The position numbers and the translations under genes are program-made. 64,000 nt of DNA from Dehalococcoides sp. JdFR-54 (GTDB taxonomy: Bacteria > Chloroflexota > Dehalococcoidia > JdFR-54). Under the pieces are notes generated by a model. That model had not been told where the DNA came from. It searched no databases and saw only the letters and a program-made list of their open reading frames with translations. Numbering within the stretch: the stretch's first letter is position 1; each line of letters opens with the position of its first letter. Shown here in pieces: positions 44,429 to 53,146 of the stretch. The stretch lies in the NCBI GenBank assembly GCA_002011475.1, contig MTNP01000008.1, forward strand, positions 74,980-138,979, given 5' to 3'.

Positions 44429-44827
44429 GGCCCAGGCATTGTATCATCCCAGCGGTTCTGCTCGCTTGGGTTGCCGCTAATCAAAGATAATTTTTCATCT
44501 AAAACTCCGCCTTCTGCTCCAGGGTAAGGCCTACTTCGAGACATCCCCTCCTCACTTAAATACGCAGCCCCCATTATAACTCTAGTATCCCTTATTTTTG
44601 CTAGAAAGACCAGACCTGCTCAACAACCTGCTTAGCTTCGGGATTCGAATTCTCTTGGGGCATTCGAGTAGCAGGAAATCCGACCGGTTGACAACCCCAT
44701 ATGGATGGGGGATAATGTCAACATTGGAATGTAGGACATTGTATTCCCTTCTTTGACCGCTTAGAGGTCCACAGTGTCACCACAACAGGCATCGCCTCCG
44801 AAGTCTTGAGCGGGGAAGCACGGGGTC

Positions 44828-45478
44828 ATGTTAGTTAGGGATATCATGACAAAGAATGTGATCGCGGTGCCGGCTAACACCATCCTCACCCATGCCAGGG
44901 ATATTATGAAGGCGCACAATATCCATCACCTGCCTGTAGTGGATGATAATAGGAAATTGCTGGGCATGGTTAACTGGGATAGGCTCGAGGAGTTCTTCTA
45001 CACCAGGTTCAACCCCTTTGCTTCCATCCGCTGGCAGTTGCTCTGGCTTGTAGTCAAGACCAGGCTGAAGGATATCATGAAAAGGGATGTGCCCACTGTG
45101 GGACCCGATGACACGGCCGAGCGAGCGCTTGCCCTGCTTGAGAGCCGACAACTAAGGGCCTTACCGGTGGTTGAACACGGCAAGCTGGTTGGTATCGTCA
45201 CTACCAGCGACTTGTTCAACAACATTGTCAGCCAGGTATTCACCCTGGATAAGTCAGGCCAGGGAATCGTTGTCTACGAAGCGGGCGATGGCAGGTCTGC
45301 TGAGAAGGTCATTTCCTGTATTAACGAGCTGGGCATCGAGATAAAGAGGCTGGCAACGATAGCCCCGCCCGGGGCAAAGAGGGGCGATATCTTGATCCAG
45401 CTCGGCGTTGAGGATGCTACTCAGGTGGTGGAAAGATTGCGAGCTCTCGGCTTTCGGGCAGGTTTGAGGCCTCGCTAG
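44828..45478 (+). CDS. CBS-pair + ACT-like domain protein (AcuB-like)
   Basis: VRDIMT, HHLPVVD, LPVVEHGKLVGIVT. Confidence 0.82.
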   Translation: MLVRDIMTKNVIAVPANTILTHARDIMKAHNIHHLPVVDDNRKLLGMVNWDRLEEFFYTRFNPFASIRWQLLWLVVKTRLKDIMKRDVPTVGPDDTAERALALLESRQLRALPVVEHGKLVGIVTTSDLFNNIVSQVFTLDKSGQGIVVYEAGDGRSAEKVISCINELGIEIKRLATIAPPGAKRGDILIQLGVEDATQVVERLRALGFRAGLRPR

Positions 45479-45524
45479 GCAGAGCGCTTTCGGCCACCTT
45501 GGCGGAAAACGATTATCTCCACCC

Positions 45525-45977
45525 CTATAGTGAATGGCCCCAAAGCAAGGTGGTCAGGGCACCAAGGGAAAGGAAGGGGCCGAACGGGATACCCCCTTTG
45601 CGCCCCCTTAGTCGCAGCCCAAGCAGGACGCTTGCTGCCAGTCCCGCGGCGATGAGCAGGGCAATGAAGACCAACGGGAAACCGGTCATCAATCCGATCA
45701 GTGTCGCCATCTTCACATCCCCCCAGCCCATTCCCCCTTTCGAGACAAGGGCTGGCAGGAGCAGCAACCCAAGTGCCATACAACCACCGATGATTGAATC
45801 TGTGATGCCCATCCCGGGCCAGCAAAGGGCGATACCGATGGCGAGGAGCATGGCGGGATACACCAACCTATTCGGTATAATCCCATATTTGAAGTCGATG
45901 ACCCCGAGAAGGACGAGCACAGAGCTGTAGAAGCCCAGGATACCCAGCTCAACAGCCATCTCACGCCGCCAGAGCAC
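45525..45977 (-). CDS. A24-family prepilin peptidase (short, peptidase domain only)
   Basis: Catalytic Asp motifs VIDFKYGIIPN and GMGWGDVKM, plus IPFGPFL; start codon uncertain. Confidence 0.8.
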   Translation of the reverse strand: MLWRREMAVELGILGFYSSVLVLLGVIDFKYGIIPNRLVYPAMLLAIGIALCWPGMGITDSIIGGCMALGLLLLPALVSKGGMGWGDVKMATLIGLMTGFPLVFIALLIAAGLAASVLLGLRLRGRKGGIPFGPFLSLGALTTLLWGHSL

Positions 45978-46024
45978 AAATCCCGAAAGGAGCCTCGCTC
46001 CCAGGGCACGTCATCGGTACCCCC

Positions 46025-46330
46025 TCAAGAGAGAAGTGCCTTTGCGTTGTTAAAAACGATATAGCCAAAGAAAACGATCAAGAGAGATTCGCAGGCTATG
46101 ACCGCCTTGAGCGCCCTTTCCCTTCCAGCAAGATGCCAGAAGCCGAGGCATATGCCCACCGTAACAGCCGCCTTTGCCCCATATCCTACCAGGGGGGCCT
46201 GGTTGAGAAGCACCTGGGCGAAGAGGTTTATTTCTATGGCCCCCTTGTGGAGGCAGGCGTAGGTCAATACCATATCACCCACGGAAAGCGTGGCCCAGAA
46301 AATTGCCAAGGCTTTTGCAAGACATCTCAT
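46025..46330 (-). CDS. small membrane protein (DUF5658-like)
   Basis: Three hydrophobic segments; D..LT....GAIEIN.F, K and NN pattern. Confidence 0.55.
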   Translation of the reverse strand: MRCLAKALAIFWATLSVGDMVLTYACLHKGAIEINLFAQVLLNQAPLVGYGAKAAVTVGICLGFWHLAGRERALKAVIACESLLIVFFGYIVFNNAKALLS

Positions 46331-46352
46331 CGTCTGTAAGGCCGCATCCCCT

Positions 46353-46835
46353 TTAGGATGCTGGCTGAGAGGGCTGTGACCTCCTCCTGAGCCAGCTTGC
46401 TATGCTCCTGCACTCCTTGAGCAGCTCACGAGCATCTATATCCTCCAAGCTCTCGGTGAGCGCCCGGAGGCTCAGGTCCTCCACCTCCTCGGTCCTGAAG
46501 AGGCTCAACAAGTTGTCCTCCTCTACCTCCTTCCCCCCTGACTCCTCCCCTCCCTCTCCATCGGCGTCCCCAGCCTGTCCAACCACCCCTTGGGCTGGCT
46601 GGTCTTCAATCCCCCCTTTTGCCACCAGGTCTTCTTGGGGTTCCACTCCCTCAATGGAGACTTCCCCAAGTTCCCACCCCACGTCGGCAGGGCGCGTGGG
46701 TGCTCCCTGAACATCTGCCTTCAAGTCTTCCCCAAGAGGTCTTTCCCCCCGTGACCTCTTCCTCAGGATAAAGACTGCGGCAGCAGCGATGGCAAAAACC
46801 GCCAGGGCAAAGAGGGCTGCGTCAAAGATACTCAT
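46353..46835 (-). CDS. membrane-anchored acidic hypothetical protein in the archaellum cluster
   Basis: N-terminal TM segment followed by RKRSR, acidic linker and helical tail DNLLSLF..LEDIDARELL; SD AAAGGA. Confidence 0.65.
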   Translation of the reverse strand: MSIFDAALFALAVFAIAAAAVFILRKRSRGERPLGEDLKADVQGAPTRPADVGWELGEVSIEGVEPQEDLVAKGGIEDQPAQGVVGQAGDADGEGGEESGGKEVEEDNLLSLFRTEEVEDLSLRALTESLEDIDARELLKECRSIASWLRRRSQPSQPAS

Positions 46836-46868
46836 GGTGTCTTTCCTTTCCCCGATCCATTTCGTGTC

Positions 46869-48368
46869 TCACATAGCTGGTACGGTGGTGAATATCATGG
46901 TTGCCAGCCGCGGGATAAAGATCAAGCATCCACCCGATATTGCCAGCATGATACTCAGGTAGTAAAAAAGCTTATAGGGGTGCCCCCCGTCGGCCGCCTT
47001 GGCGGCAAAGGCATTGGCCCCGGTAAGCACCACCAGCACCAGTATCACCAGCCAGTTGAGCAACTGCAAATCCTCCAAATGGAAGGTGAAGAGCCGGGTC
47101 GCCGGCAGCCCGGAGAACGCCCCCGGACTCCCTGTGGGCATCATCCCCTGCACCGTCCTCCCGAAGATGCCCATGACCTCCACGATAAACACCAGGAGCC
47201 CGCCAATGGCTCCGTGCATGGGGATGGAAAGCCAGCCGAAGGTGGAGGACACGAGCCTCCGTTTGGCCCGCAGCAGCGCGATCTTCATGGCGTAAAGGGA
47301 GGCACGATTGCCCACTTGCTCGGGCTCGCCCCCCAGGCTTATGCCGTCCCAGAAGACGCGCACCGTCCGGTCCACCTGCTCGCTCCCGGTTTCGGCCACG
47401 AACCGCTGCCAGCAGAGCTCGGGCTTGATGCCGGAGCTGAGTCTTACGCGGAGCCTGTTGACCTCGGGGGCCAGGGAGCCGGTGGCGCGCAGGTCCATTC
47501 TGCCCAAGGCCTCGGTTATCGTGGTCCCAATTGCCCCGGTGACGCCGCCCAGGGTGCGGAGGAAGGCAGCGATGTCGCCATCTCTTCTGTCTATCCTCCG
47601 GTCGTCCCTCAGGCTCACAAGCCCCACCGGGAGCAGCAAGATGCCTCCTAAGGCCAGTATCCACCCTATGTTTACCTTCAATAGGGCGAGGAGGGGGCAG
47701 CCGACCACGGCCAGGGGGAGGCAGATTTTGAATAGGTTGCGGGCCAGCCGCTGCTCCCTGGAGCGCTGGGGGAGGGAATGGGTCTTCTTCTCCTTGGGGG
47801 CGGTGCGGTAGATGAGCCAGGAGCCGGCAAGGGTTATCAGGATCATCAGCCCGGCCACCCCTAGGATGAAGGTGGTTCCCACCTGGTAGATCATCATCGA
47901 GATTACGGCGACGATGATGATGAGGGCCGCCGAGACGATGAGGGCCACGTAGCCGTCCGTCCACTTCTTCAGGGATTCTAATCTTCGCTCGTACTCATTG
48001 CCATAGGTCTCCCCCATGGCCTGCGCCTCCCGGGCCAAGAAGTCCCTCTCGGGCTCGCCCGAGGAAAGGGAGCCGGAGAGGCGCAGAAAGAGGTTTCTCA
48101 CCTCCTCTTCCTCGGCGGCCTCCCCCACCATGCGGCAGGCCTCGGCGTAATCGTAATTGAGCTTTTGGGACAGAAGGTGAATATCCCTCAAATACCGGGA
48201 GGAGACATAGGGGAGCCGGGAGGCATACTCGAAAACCTGGCTCCGCAACACGCCGGCTGTGGCCACAGCGGACATGTACGAGAGCTGCGAGAAAAGGTCG
48301 ATGCCCAGGAGCTCCCTGTCAAAAGAGCCCTTCCCGCTGCGCCTTTGCCAGAACCTGCAGAAGTTCAT
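46869..48368 (-). CDS. flaJ: archaellum membrane platform protein ArlJ (FlaJ)
   Basis: Two T2SS-F-like cytoplasmic domains with multiple TMs; LSYMSAVA, SSGEPERDFL, YERRLESLKKWTDGY, FLRTLG; downstream of flaI. Confidence 0.9.
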   Translation of the reverse strand: MNFCRFWQRRSGKGSFDRELLGIDLFSQLSYMSAVATAGVLRSQVFEYASRLPYVSSRYLRDIHLLSQKLNYDYAEACRMVGEAAEEEEVRNLFLRLSGSLSSGEPERDFLAREAQAMGETYGNEYERRLESLKKWTDGYVALIVSAALIIIVAVISMMIYQVGTTFILGVAGLMILITLAGSWLIYRTAPKEKKTHSLPQRSREQRLARNLFKICLPLAVVGCPLLALLKVNIGWILALGGILLLPVGLVSLRDDRRIDRRDGDIAAFLRTLGGVTGAIGTTITEALGRMDLRATGSLAPEVNRLRVRLSSGIKPELCWQRFVAETGSEQVDRTVRVFWDGISLGGEPEQVGNRASLYAMKIALLRAKRRLVSSTFGWLSIPMHGAIGGLLVFIVEVMGIFGRTVQGMMPTGSPGAFSGLPATRLFTFHLEDLQLLNWLVILVLVVLTGANAFAAKAADGGHPYKLFYYLSIMLAISGGCLIFIPRLATMIFTTVPAM

Positions 48369-50052
48369 AGAAACCAACGACCTTCTGTTCCTTGTGCAGT
48401 TTCTCCAGGATCTTGGCCCGCCTCTCCAGCTCGCCGTAGATCTGCCGCTTCTTGTGCTTGGGTATACCCCGCTTCAAGGCGATCTTCTGCTCCAGGAGGT
48501 AGCTGTTCATATTGCCCACGAACTCGAAGGTATCATCCACCGGGTTCCAGCGGAACATCTCGATAAAGGAGAAGGAGTCGGAGGGCGGGTCGTAGCCCAC
48601 GATCTCGTTGATGCTCAGGGCGCGCCGCCCGATCTTGCCATCGGGGAGCCGCACCGCACTCTGAATGATCACCACGTTGAGGTTATCTATATAGGTCTTG
48701 GGCACGTTGATGGGAGAGCCGGTGATGCGCTGGATGAGCTTCTCCACCGAGGCGGCGTGGAAGGTGGCCATCACCGCATGGCCGGTCTGCATCGCCTGGA
48801 AGGCGATGGCCCCCTCGATGCCCCTGATCTCCCCCACTATGATCTCATTGGGCCGCTGCCTCAAGGCCGCCTTGAGGAGGTCAAACATGGTCACCCCGGC
48901 GCCTTCCCCCCCGGTCTTTGCCTGGGTGACCACCTCCCTGATCCAGTTCCGGTGAGGCACCTGGAGCTCCGGGGTGTCCTCTATGGTCACGATCTTGGCG
49001 TTGGGGGGGATAAAGGTGGTAAGGGCATTTAAGAGCGTGGTCTTGCCCGATGCCGCCTCCCCCGAGACGAAGACGTTCATGCCCTCGCTGATAATCATGG
49101 AGAGGTAGGCAGCCATCATGTAATCCAGGCTGCCGAACTCGATGAGCTCCAGGATGCTCAGGGGGGTCTCGCTGAACTTGCGGATGGTGAAGTTGCTGCC
49201 CCGCTTGGAGACATCCTTGCCATAGACGATGTTTATCCGGGAGCCATCGGGAAGGACGGCGTCCACAATCGGGTCCCGGTAGGTAACCGGCTTCTTGATC
49301 CTCTCCGCCAGTCTCAACACGAATTCGTCCAGCTCCTCGAAGCTGGAGAAGGTTACAGCGGTCTTGAGGCCCCTGAAGATCTTGTGCTCCACGAAGATGC
49401 AGCCCAGCCCGCTACAGCTTATATCTTCGATGTAGCGGTCGCGTATCATCGGCTCCAGGATGCCCAGACCTATCTTGTCCCGGATGAGAAGGTATTTGAT
49501 GGCTTCCATCTCCTGGGGAGACACCCCGATCTTGGACCCGTTGCCCTTGTTGCCCAAGAGCCCGAAGAGCCCCCTCCCCGGGTTGCCATTCCCGTCGGTG
49601 GTGCAGATCCTGTCCACACAGCTCAGGAGCACCTGTTTTCTCTGCTCCTCCGTTTTGGCCTGGGCCAGTTCATCGGTGAACTCCAGGAGCCTCATCTCCA
49701 CCTCCGGCATCAGGCTGTCCAGGTTCCTGGTGAGGATCGGCTCTACCGAGATATAGCAGTCCCTTCCATCCTGGGGGTCGGGGTAGATGTGGGTGAAGAT
49801 GCCCTCGGCCACGGGGTAGATGAGGTTGGGGTGCTTCAGGTCTCGCAGCTTCGGAGTGAGCTTGGCGTAGTATTGGGGGATGCCCACTTGCTCGATGGGG
49901 ACCATATGCAGGTATTCCAGGAGGTGGATGTTCCCCGCCACCGCCTCCTGTATGGGCTTGGGGAGCATCCGGTAGAGGCCACACTGGAGGAGGCCGTCTC
50001 CGTGGCTGTCGGCCTTGCTCTCCCCGGTAAAAGGCAGCTTTACCTGCGGCAC
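48319..50052 (-). CDS. flaI: archaellum motor ATPase ArlI (FlaI)
   Basis: HLLEYL, NLIYPV..IFTHI, IEDISCSG, PDGSRINIVYG..VSKRGSNFTIRKF, GEAASGKTT, LRQRPNEIIVGEIRG, QTGH. Confidence 0.93.
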   Translation of the reverse strand: MPQVKLPFTGESKADSHGDGLLQCGLYRMLPKPIQEAVAGNIHLLEYLHMVPIEQVGIPQYYAKLTPKLRDLKHPNLIYPVAEGIFTHIYPDPQDGRDCYISVEPILTRNLDSLMPEVEMRLLEFTDELAQAKTEEQRKQVLLSCVDRICTTDGNGNPGRGLFGLLGNKGNGSKIGVSPQEMEAIKYLLIRDKIGLGILEPMIRDRYIEDISCSGLGCIFVEHKIFRGLKTAVTFSSFEELDEFVLRLAERIKKPVTYRDPIVDAVLPDGSRINIVYGKDVSKRGSNFTIRKFSETPLSILELIEFGSLDYMMAAYLSMIISEGMNVFVSGEAASGKTTLLNALTTFIPPNAKIVTIEDTPELQVPHRNWIREVVTQAKTGGEGAGVTMFDLLKAALRQRPNEIIVGEIRGIEGAIAFQAMQTGHAVMATFHAASVEKLIQRITGSPINVPKTYIDNLNVVIIQSAVRLPDGKIGRRALSINEIVGYDPPSDSFSFIEMFRWNPVDDTFEFVGNMNSYLLEQKIALKRGIPKHKKRQIYGELERRAKILEKLHKEQKVVGFYELLQVLAKAQREGLF

Positions 50053-50062
50053 TTGGGCCCCC

Positions 50063-50788
50063 TTATGCCTTGGCTTTAGATACTGGGATGATCCTCATCC
50101 CGATCCCGGGCTCGACGTCAAAGCTGATGATGTTCCCCGTGCTCTTATCCGCCCCCCTCACCTTGGCCACCTCCAGGACCTTGACCAGCTGATCCCCCAC
50201 CTCCTCTATGCGAAGCCTGAGGTGGGCATCGCACAAAGAACGAATGCGGATGAGGGTGCTCTCCTGGAAGGCATAGGAGTGGGCAGTGGCGATGATGGTC
50301 TTGCCCTGATTGCACAGGTTCTTGCACTCCTCGAAGAAGGAGATGGTCTCCTCCACCGAGGTATGGGTGACGAAGGTGGTGAGGGAATCTATGACCACAA
50401 GTTTGAAGGGCTCATGCCTCTGGATGCTGCGCAGGAGGATGCGGAACACCTCAGAGGCCGTCAGCCTCGCCCTCGTCGCCTGGATAGGATATATCCTGAG
50501 CCAATCCAAGAGGAGTTGGTCCGAGATGTCCAAGCTCAGGCTTTCCATCTGCTTGATGAGGCTCCTCACCGTATTCTCGGTGGTATAGAACAGGGTCCTG
50601 AATTTGTCATTCAGGGAACCCCACACCATCTGCTGCGAGAGGACCGACTTTCCGGCACCTGACTGGCCCTCGATGATGGTGAGAGACCCCAGCGGGATGC
50701 CACCCCCCATCTTCTTGTCGATCTCCGAGTTCCCTGTGGAGATGACCGCCCCCTCGCCATGGCTATCCTTTGCCAGCACATTCGCCAT
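50063..50788 (-). CDS. flaH: archaellum KaiC/RecA-like ATPase ArlH (FlaH)
   Basis: EIDKKMGGGIPLGSL, GQSGAGKS, YTTE, VVIDSL, FDVEPGIGMRIIP. Confidence 0.92.
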   Translation of the reverse strand: MANVLAKDSHGEGAVISTGNSEIDKKMGGGIPLGSLTIIEGQSGAGKSVLSQQMVWGSLNDKFRTLFYTTENTVRSLIKQMESLSLDISDQLLLDWLRIYPIQATRARLTASEVFRILLRSIQRHEPFKLVVIDSLTTFVTHTSVEETISFFEECKNLCNQGKTIIATAHSYAFQESTLIRIRSLCDAHLRLRIEEVGDQLVKVLEVAKVRGADKSTGNIISFDVEPGIGMRIIPVSKAKA

Positions 50789-50798
50789 TCAGGACCTC

Positions 50799-51332
50799 CT
50801 ATCCATTGAAAGCGACCGAAGTGACAACCCCATTGGGAGTGACTATGATCGCCCAGTTTGTGGAATCGACTTCCACCCCCGGGGTGAGCCCTATCTGGAT
50901 CACCACCTCCTCCTGGGGATTGAGGATGCCTGGCTCGAAAACCTCGGGGGTACCCCCTTGGGCATCCAGATATATCCCGCTTACCGCCCATTCGTTATTT
51001 TCGGGGTCGGGAGCGCCCTCGGTGTAGGGAAGCCATTTTATGTAGTAGTTGCCATCGGCCCCATAGTACTGGACGACCACATCCCAGCGCGGAAAGTCGC
51101 CCAGGGCCGCTTCCCCCTCATTCCTGAGGGTTATCTCCACGATTTGCCCCTCGGTGTGAACGGATGCGACCACGGGGGCGAGGTCCGTCCTCCTTATCTC
51201 CCCCACCCACTCCCCGGCCTGCTTCCATGACCCCGAAATGGCCTCCACCGCGGAGAAGGAGCCCTGGCTCATCGCCAGCGTCCCGAACAATATAATAGCG
51301 ATGGAGATCAAGGAGACGATGGCGCTTGACAA
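50799..51332 (-). CDS. flaF: archaellum stator protein ArlF (FlaF), copy 2
   Basis: N-terminal TM segment, ITLRNEG, WDVVVQY, EPGILNPQE, IVTPNGV; TTG start. Confidence 0.75.
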   Translation of the reverse strand: MSSAIVSLISIAIILFGTLAMSQGSFSAVEAISGSWKQAGEWVGEIRRTDLAPVVASVHTEGQIVEITLRNEGEAALGDFPRWDVVVQYYGADGNYYIKWLPYTEGAPDPENNEWAVSGIYLDAQGGTPEVFEPGILNPQEEVVIQIGLTPGVEVDSTNWAIIVTPNGVVTSVAFNG

Positions 51333-51355
51333 ATCGTTTACACCCCCTACCTATT

Positions 51356-51886
51356 CTATCTGGTGAAGATGACCGGGGCTGCCACCCCGTTCGAGGTAGC
51401 TACGAGCAACCGGTTTGTGGTGTTTGTCCAGACCTTGGGACTCAGCCTGAGCTGGATCACTATTTCTTCCCCCGGGTTGAGGATGCCCGGCTCAAAAACC
51501 TCCGGCTCGCCGGTTTGGGCATCCAGATATATCCCATGGACCGTCCATTCGTTATCCCCGGGAACACCCTCGCTGTAAGGAAGCCACTTTATGCAATAGA
51601 CCCTTTGGTTCCCCCCATAGTACTCGACGACGACGTCCCATCGCGGGAAATCGCCCAGGGCCATCCGGCCCGTGTTGGTGAGGATTATTTCCACGTTTAT
51701 TCCCTGGACCCCCACTTCTCGACCTGCAAAGCTGATCCTGGTCCTGGCCATCTCCCTCGTCTGCTCCGCCATTTGCCCCCACGACCCCGAAACGAGATCC
51801 ACCGAGGAGCAAGAGCTCGAGGCCACCGCGAGCACCCCGGTCACCATGACGGCGACGGAAATCAAAGAAACGATCGCGTGAGCCAA
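51356..51886 (-). CDS. flaF: archaellum stator protein ArlF (FlaF), copy 1
   Basis: Paralog of 50799-51332 (LGDFPRWDVVV.YYG, KWLPY, EVFEPGILNP); TTG start. Confidence 0.75.
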   Translation of the reverse strand: MAHAIVSLISVAVMVTGVLAVASSSCSSVDLVSGSWGQMAEQTREMARTRISFAGREVGVQGINVEIILTNTGRMALGDFPRWDVVVEYYGGNQRVYCIKWLPYSEGVPGDNEWTVHGIYLDAQTGEPEVFEPGILNPGEEIVIQLRLSPKVWTNTTNRLLVATSNGVAAPVIFTR

Positions 51887-51892
51887 TCTCCC

Positions 51893-52405
51893 CTACATGC
51901 TGAAGAAATGCTCATCCGAGACCCCGTTGGAGGCGATCACCTTCACGAAGTAGGTATCCGAGCCCAAGGCGGAGGAAAAGTGGATGGTGAGCTTGAGCGT
52001 TGCCGTGGGCTTCCACTCGGTATCGTTCTCCAGTTGCCAGCTCCAGCGGGGGAAACTGCCCCCGGCATCAACCTCGCAGGGGATGCGCACGAAATCCGCC
52101 TCCTTACCGAAAAAGACATCGCTCTCCTCGATGGCCACAAGGCGCGAGGCGCCCACGTTCTTGACCCAGAGGAATACGTCGAAATCCCCATCCCCATCGG
52201 TGTCCTGCCAGTTCCCATACCCGTCCAGTTCCCCGGTGGCATGGACGATTCGGATCTGGCTCTTGATGCGGTCGTCCACCTTCCCCGCCACGCTCACGAT
52301 AGCCCCGCTGGAGCGGCTGACCGCCGGATAGACGGCGTTGAAGACGAACATGGCGCATACCACCCCGGCTATAGCGAGCAAAACCGTGGTTATGGCCTTG
52401 TCGAT
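51893..52405 (-). CDS. flaG: archaellum stator protein ArlG (FlaG)
   Basis: (I)DKAITTVLLAIAGVV N-terminus, IKSQIRIVH, WVKNVG, DVFFG, W.P..TL, ASNGV; start inferred at ATC 52405 behind GGAGG. Confidence 0.78.
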   Translation of the reverse strand: MDKAITTVLLAIAGVVCAMFVFNAVYPAVSRSSGAIVSVAGKVDDRIKSQIRIVHATGELDGYGNWQDTDGDGDFDVFLWVKNVGASRLVAIEESDVFFGKEADFVRIPCEVDAGGSFPRWSWQLENDTEWKPTATLKLTIHFSSALGSDTYFVKVIASNGVSDEHFFSM

Positions 52406-53058
52406 GGCAGACCCTCCTTCTCATCAAACAGGATAGAAAGCAGCGCTGCCTCGGACCTGCTGCCCTTCCCCAGGAGCGCATCCAGCTGGACCAGCACCGC
52501 TATGCACTCCCTGGTGGTCACCTGCCCCTCGGGCTTTTCCTCCTCGGCCAGGTGAAGAAGCCTGAGCAATACCTCCTTTAGTTCAGGGGAGAGGCGCCCT
52601 GTGAGCTGGTAGACCTCCACAATGGCCTCCACCTTCCCCCGGCCTATCCTTTTCACGGCATTGCCCGCCCACTGCGTCAACCCCACGAGGTTGCCCAGTT
52701 CCATGGCGCCGTTGCGATGCTGCTCCACCCTGGGCCTGACGGGACGAAGGATGGGAGATGAGGGGACTTCCTCCACGTCAGTGCTGGCTTCCCCCTGCCC
52801 CGAGCCGCTAGCCCCTTGGCCCTCCTCCACTGCCCCCGCCTCCTCCGCCCTGGCAGCAGGCTCTTCCCCCGGGACTTTGTCCCGGGCCCTCACCCTCTCC
52901 TCGTCCAGAGGGAGTGGCTCAGGGGATTGCTCGAAGCCGCTGAAGGGGTTCTGACCATTCAGGATATACTCCCGGATGTCGACTAGGGTCTCCTTCACCT
53001 CGTTCTTCAGCAGCTTTATCTGGTCTTCCAGTTCCCTTATCTTCTGGTTCAGTTCCAT
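52390..53058 (-). CDS. ArlC/D/E-like archaellum accessory protein
   Basis: N-terminal coiled coil ending NPF (ArlC-like), acidic/Pro linker, C-terminal W....V..IG......VEVY..TG.LS domain (ArlD/E-like); lies between arlB and arlG; ATG 53058 with GGAGG. Confidence 0.6.
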   Translation of the reverse strand: MELNQKIRELEDQIKLLKNEVKETLVDIREYILNGQNPFSGFEQSPEPLPLDEERVRARDKVPGEEPAARAEEAGAVEEGQGASGSGQGEASTDVEEVPSSPILRPVRPRVEQHRNGAMELGNLVGLTQWAGNAVKRIGRGKVEAIVEVYQLTGRLSPELKEVLLRLLHLAEEEKPEGQVTTRECIAVLVQLDALLGKGSRSEAALLSILFDEKEGLPSTRP

Positions 53059-53081
53059 GGTCTGACCACCTCCCCTGCTCA

Positions 53082-53120
53082 TAGGTGCTCCCGGGGGGCG
53101 CGAAGCCCCCCGGAGCACCT
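53082..53120 (-). terminator. GC-rich stem-loop between the archaellin genes and the machinery genes
   Basis: AGGTGCTCCCGGGGGGC-GCGAA-GCCCCCCGGAGCACCT; no clear U tract. Confidence 0.6.
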
Positions 53121-53146
53121 CTGTCCTAAAACACCCCAGGCGCTCT

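Noticed and set aside
44689-44721. TTGACA...TGTCAA palindrome upstream of the CBS gene
   Set aside because: Plausibly promoter or operator sequence, but too weak to assign
46869-50052. Interpretation as a Tad or type II secretion system
   Set aside because: Archaellin N-termini plus FlaH, FlaF and FlaG homologs and the gene order indicate an archaellum
51326-52555. Long opposite-strand ORFs (409 aa here; also 31101-32063, 60376-61245 and others)
   Set aside because: Shadows of well-supported genes in GC-rich DNA, with no motifs
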